Source: Clostridia bacterium
GTDB taxonomy: Bacteria; Bacillota; Clostridia; Christensenellales; CAMQZB01
Reading direction: 5' to 3'
Length of the DNA: 47,475 bases
NCBI GenBank assembly: GCA_045579195.1
Contig: JAZNLR010000010.1
Span: 1 to 47,475 of the forward strand
Part shown: piece by piece, positions 44,286-47,475 of the stretch
Position numbering within the stretch: the stretch's first letter is position 1
Layout of the letters: every line of letters begins with the position of its first letter
Notes under the pieces: model-generated
Told to the model about the DNA's origin: nothing
The model's database searches: none
The model's input: only the letters and a program-made list of their open reading frames with translations
Translations under genes and position numbers: made by a program

Positions 44286-45011
44286 TTACTCATTGGATGG
44301 TTCTCTTTTTCCACGTTTCCAGATCCACAATGCATATCCTGCCGAAACCACAGTCAAAACAACTGCTGTGATGACGGAAAGCGTCAAATCCGCCTCGGCG
44401 GAAAATGCGCTTGTTGCGTTGATCACGCTATGCGTCACAATGCAGGGAAGCAAGCTGCCTGAACGATAAAAGATCACCGTGAACAAGAATCCCGCTGCCG
44501 TTGCGTACACGATCTGCAAGAGCGTCAAGAAGACATCAGCACCGCTGAGCAGATTGACGATGTGCCCAAATCCAAACGTGACGCTGGAAACAATGATTGC
44601 AACTGAAAGTTTATCTTTTTGCAAGGCTTTGAAAAGAAATCCGCGGAAAATGACCTCTTCAATCACACCGACACACAGCATCGAGATGACGTAAAACGCG
44701 GTTTCCAGCGGACGGGTGCGAAGACAGACTCCACCCCAGAAGTTGACCGAAATCATCAAAAGAAGGGGTAAGAAGAATAAGTACGTCCTTTTGTCAAACG
44801 TTCCGAGCGTCAATCCAAACTTCTCCGCAAGGCCTGCTTTTTTGCACCAAATGAGCAAAAACAGCGCAAGCGCAAGCCCGATGAAAGCTGTTATGAGTTT
44901 ATCTTGCCCAATCTGTGCGGAAAGAGAATCCGCCAAGCTCATCAAAATGATATATAATGCGATCCAAAGGAGCGCAAACGTCAATTCATTTTTTTCGTAA
45001 AGTCGCTTCAT
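44286..45011 (-). CDS. CPBP-family intramembrane glutamic endopeptidase (CAAX protease/Abi)
   Basis: Motifs EEVIFRGFLF, FGFGH and HSVINA, with 6-7 TM segments. Confidence 0.85.
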   Translation of the reverse strand: MKRLYEKNELTFALLWIALYIILMSLADSLSAQIGQDKLITAFIGLALALFLLIWCKKAGLAEKFGLTLGTFDKRTYLFFLPLLLMISVNFWGGVCLRTRPLETAFYVISMLCVGVIEEVIFRGFLFKALQKDKLSVAIIVSSVTFGFGHIVNLLSGADVFLTLLQIVYATAAGFLFTVIFYRSGSLLPCIVTHSVINATSAFSAEADLTLSVITAVVLTVVSAGYALWIWKRGKREPSNE

Positions 45012-45127
45012 TTTTCTCCTTGCGGGTTACTTCTCTTTCAAAGAAACAGCCAATTTCCCCTATTTCCCCCATTATAGCACAAAATAACCTCAGTTTTAAG
45101 GTTATTTTGCAATTTATCATATCAGTT

Positions 45128-46387
45128 TTATGCACCAAGGAATATCCGATTCATCTCAAGAAGTTTTTCCGGGCAGAGGTTCCAAACCGGGTCTTCCGGG
45201 CCGGAACAGGTGCGAACAACTGTTCCCCACAGCCCAAGCTCGCGGTATCCTTGCATCATTTCCTTGACCAACATCCAGTATTCTTCGGATTTTTCCTCCC
45301 AAATAAGGCGATATCCTCCGCTGTAAGTCACGCCCTCTCCACAGACGACAAGGGTGTTTGAAAGGCCGTTTTCAAGGTTATGCTTAAGATGTGCGATCGT
45401 TCCTTTCAGATTCGCTCTGAATTCCTCAACGTGTTCCTTCAAAAAGTCGATCATCAGCTTCTCTGCCTGCGGAATCTTCTCGGGGTCCAAATTTGTGTAG
45501 TACCACACCCGATGGTACCAATCGTCTGTGGGCGGATAATCACAGTCTGCAAGCGTTCTCAATTCTTCCTTTGAAACCTTCTCTTCCTTCAAGAAGGATT
45601 CGTTTGCCTCAAGCATGGTGTACATCGCAAACCAGAGGAAGTAATTATGAAAGTTAAAGACCTCCAAATTCTTCGGGACCTGCCGAAAATCCGTGTAGTA
45701 CGTATAAGAATCGAAGGCAAACAAAATATTCGGATGCCGTTCTTTCAGCCACGAAATCGCCTCTTCGTGTTTTGCACGGAAAACTGCGAACTCTTCCTCC
45801 GTCAAATTGTTTTGGTTGTATCCATTCACAAAGTACAGCCCGTCCGCTTCGTTGAAGATCTCCGCAAAAGCAACCATATCCGCAAGGTCGCGCGCCTCCA
45901 GCTCACAGAGGATATAATGCAAGAACTTTGCAAACGCAGAGAAACGCTCCAGCGGTGCAAGCGCGTGAAGCTCATCGTTTAAGGCGCGGTCTTTCACCAG
46001 CCAGCACGTGTGCAGATAGTACCACGAGGACAGGATGATATAAACTCCGTGGCGCTTGGCCGCCTCAAAGAGCTCAATGAGGCGCTTGTGAGGATCGCAA
46101 AGCCCCGGCGCACCGTTTGCACCAAACTGCCGGATCGCACCGTCGTGTTCGCCGAAGATGTGCCCCCATGTGATAGGCCCGCGCAAGTTGCCGTTAAGAT
46201 CGTGTATAATTCCTGCGCCGTCATCCAAGCGAATGCAATTGAAGCCGCGCTCTTTATGCTCTCGCATCATCTTGTCGAGGTCACGGTAAGCTCCACCTGC
46301 TTCCGTGTCGTAAAGCCCCCAAATCGGGAAAGAAATGGTAAGCCTCTTCGGAAGATGCGCCGGAATCCTTTCAACGTTTCGAATCAT
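45128..46387 (-). CDS. cellulase-like (clan GH-A TIM-barrel) putative glycoside hydrolase
   Basis: AGGAGGG RBS. GFNCIRLD strand, EIFNEAD (Asn-Glu acid/base-like) and VVCGEGV (possible nucleophile Glu). The family assignment is tentative. Confidence 0.4.
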   Translation of the reverse strand: MIRNVERIPAHLPKRLTISFPIWGLYDTEAGGAYRDLDKMMREHKERGFNCIRLDDGAGIIHDLNGNLRGPITWGHIFGEHDGAIRQFGANGAPGLCDPHKRLIELFEAAKRHGVYIILSSWYYLHTCWLVKDRALNDELHALAPLERFSAFAKFLHYILCELEARDLADMVAFAEIFNEADGLYFVNGYNQNNLTEEEFAVFRAKHEEAISWLKERHPNILFAFDSYTYYTDFRQVPKNLEVFNFHNYFLWFAMYTMLEANESFLKEEKVSKEELRTLADCDYPPTDDWYHRVWYYTNLDPEKIPQAEKLMIDFLKEHVEEFRANLKGTIAHLKHNLENGLSNTLVVCGEGVTYSGGYRLIWEEKSEEYWMLVKEMMQGYRELGLWGTVVRTCSGPEDPVWNLCPEKLLEMNRIFLGA

Positions 46388-46430
46388 ATTTCCCTCCTAA
46401 AACATACAAAACCTTTCTTAAAAACAAGAA

Positions 46431-47475
46431 TCAATACCGTCCCAGCTTATGCGCCAGCTCGGCAATCTCCTTCATGTTTTGCAGAGAGACCGAATTGGGA
46501 ATCGAGTGGTCAGAGGCAAACACATAGCCGCCGCCCTCCTTCATGATGGGAATGATGCGCTCCATTTCGGCTTTTACCTTGTCAATATCGTCCCAAAGCT
46601 GGGCGTTGATGCCGCCGTGGAAGGCAAGCTTATCGCCGTAAAGTTTTTTCAGCTTTTGAGGATCCATACCCGCCTTGATCTCCAAGGGGTTGAGCATTTC
46701 CACGCCTGTTTCAACAACGTCAGCCAGAAGCGGCTCGATGTATCCGCAGGAGTGCAGCTCGGTCACCATGCCGCGCTCGTGCGCCCAATCCACCGCCTTT
46801 TTGTGGTAGGGCTTAAGCAACTCACGGTAGGTGTTGGGCGAAAAGAAGGGAGAGCCCTTGTAGCCCATATCGTCGTACCAAAAGATCCCGTCAAACTCGT
46901 AGCCCGCGTCAAGGATGCGCTGGCAAAGGTCGAGCGAGGTTTTGAGGTAGGTGTCAAACATATCGGTCACCCACTCGGGCTCCTCGATCATGCCCATCAG
47001 CACGTTCTCGGTCCCCACCATGTGTGCGTGCGTGACGTCAAAGCCAAACCAAACGGTCAGCTGCAAAAATCTGCCCTCTGCCTTCCACTTGGGGTAATTT
47101 TCCTCGAGATATTTCCAATTTATCCTATCATCGTGATAGGTAAGCATTTTCTGCTTCGCCTCTTCCCACTTTTCCGAGCTGTCATAATAGAAATTAAGCG
47201 TCTCGGGAGTAGAGTCGAGCTGATTGAATACCTTTTGAGTAGCTCCCCATTTGGTCGTTTTTATACTATATCTATCTGTGGTCTCCAAAACCTTACGTTC
47301 AAAGCGCGGAGAATTATCAAGAGAAAGTCTTATGGGTTTATCGAAGCCGAAATAATCACGCCAATCGGCATCCTCGGGCATTCCCTCATCTTTCCATCTT
47401 TTCACCGTGCCTGTCCACGCGGTATCACACATAGCTATTCGGTCTATCTCCTGATGGCGATACGTACGAAGTATT
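46431..47475 (-). CDS. uroporphyrinogen decarboxylase (URO-D) family protein; 5' end probably beyond window
   Basis: The track ORF starts at M (47432), but the frame stays open to the window edge (ILRTYRHQEIDRIA-MCDTAW). URO-D family proteins typically begin with ...E.DR.P. C-terminal FHGGINAQ / FASDHSIP is URO-D/MtaA-like. Confidence 0.6.
   Translation of the reverse strand, partial: ILRTYRHQEIDRIAMCDTAWTGTVKRWKDEGMPEDADWRDYFGFDKPIRLSLDNSPRFERKVLETTDRYSIKTTKWGATQKVFNQLDSTPETLNFYYDSSEKWEEAKQKMLTYHDDRINWKYLEENYPKWKAEGRFLQLTVWFGFDVTHAHMVGTENVLMGMIEEPEWVTDMFDTYLKTSLDLCQRILDAGYEFDGIFWYDDMGYKGSPFFSPNTYRELLKPYHKKAVDWAHERGMVTELHSCGYIEPLLADVVETGVEMLNPLEIKAGMDPQKLKKLYGDKLAFHGGINAQLWDDIDKVKAEMERIIPIMKEGGGYVFASDHSIPNSVSLQNMKEIAELAHKLGRY

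Noticed and set aside
1-47475. Mobile elements, prophage, CRISPR-Cas, restriction-modification, toxin-antitoxin or other known defence systems, and tRNA/rRNA genes.
   Set aside because: No integrase, transposase, recombinase, Cas, nuclease-helicase, reverse-transcriptase or phage structural motifs were seen in any frame. No repeat arrays or cloverleaf-like tRNA sequences were seen. The only methyltransferase is a small-molecule or protein-type class I enzyme without an adjacent nuclease.

Overview
47.5-kb chromosomal segment with the hallmarks of a Firmicutes/Clostridia-type genome: GGAGG-type Shine-Dalgarno sites, TTGACA/TATAAT sigma-A promoters and many hairpin plus U-tract terminators. It holds about 40 genes, mostly on the minus strand. 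Housekeeping genes: valS (5' part), a lysine-riboswitch-controlled asd-dapA-dapB operon, tkt, a phosphohexomutase, hisC, and tRNA-modification genes (trmO, QueG-like). Carbohydrate genes: GH42 beta-galactosidase, GH43 with an MFS transporter, a SASA-type O-acetylesterase, a clan GH-A-like TIM barrel, a membrane GT2, a DeoR/Zn-ADH/hexulose-phosphate epimerase module, and two HAD-IIA phosphatases. Transport and envelope genes: a NitT/TauT-type ABC transporter, a sodium:solute symporter, YkvI, M1 and M23 peptidases, and a CPBP protease. I found no rRNA, tRNA, CRISPR array, transposase, integrase, phage gene or recognisable defence gene. The stretches least explained by ordinary annotation are three. 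(1) An orphan, strongly structured intergenic element at about 26100-26308 with its own + strand terminator; this is a candidate sRNA that I could not assign to a known family by eye. (2) A self-contained operon encoding an internally duplicated DUF1538-type membrane protein and a fused tandem PII-like protein (41415-43699). (3) A tightly coupled four-gene operon of unknown function: YesL-like membrane protein, SAM methyltransferase, TPR protein, HEAT-like protein (6662-11265). All functional calls come from motif recognition in the supplied translations; no database search was run.
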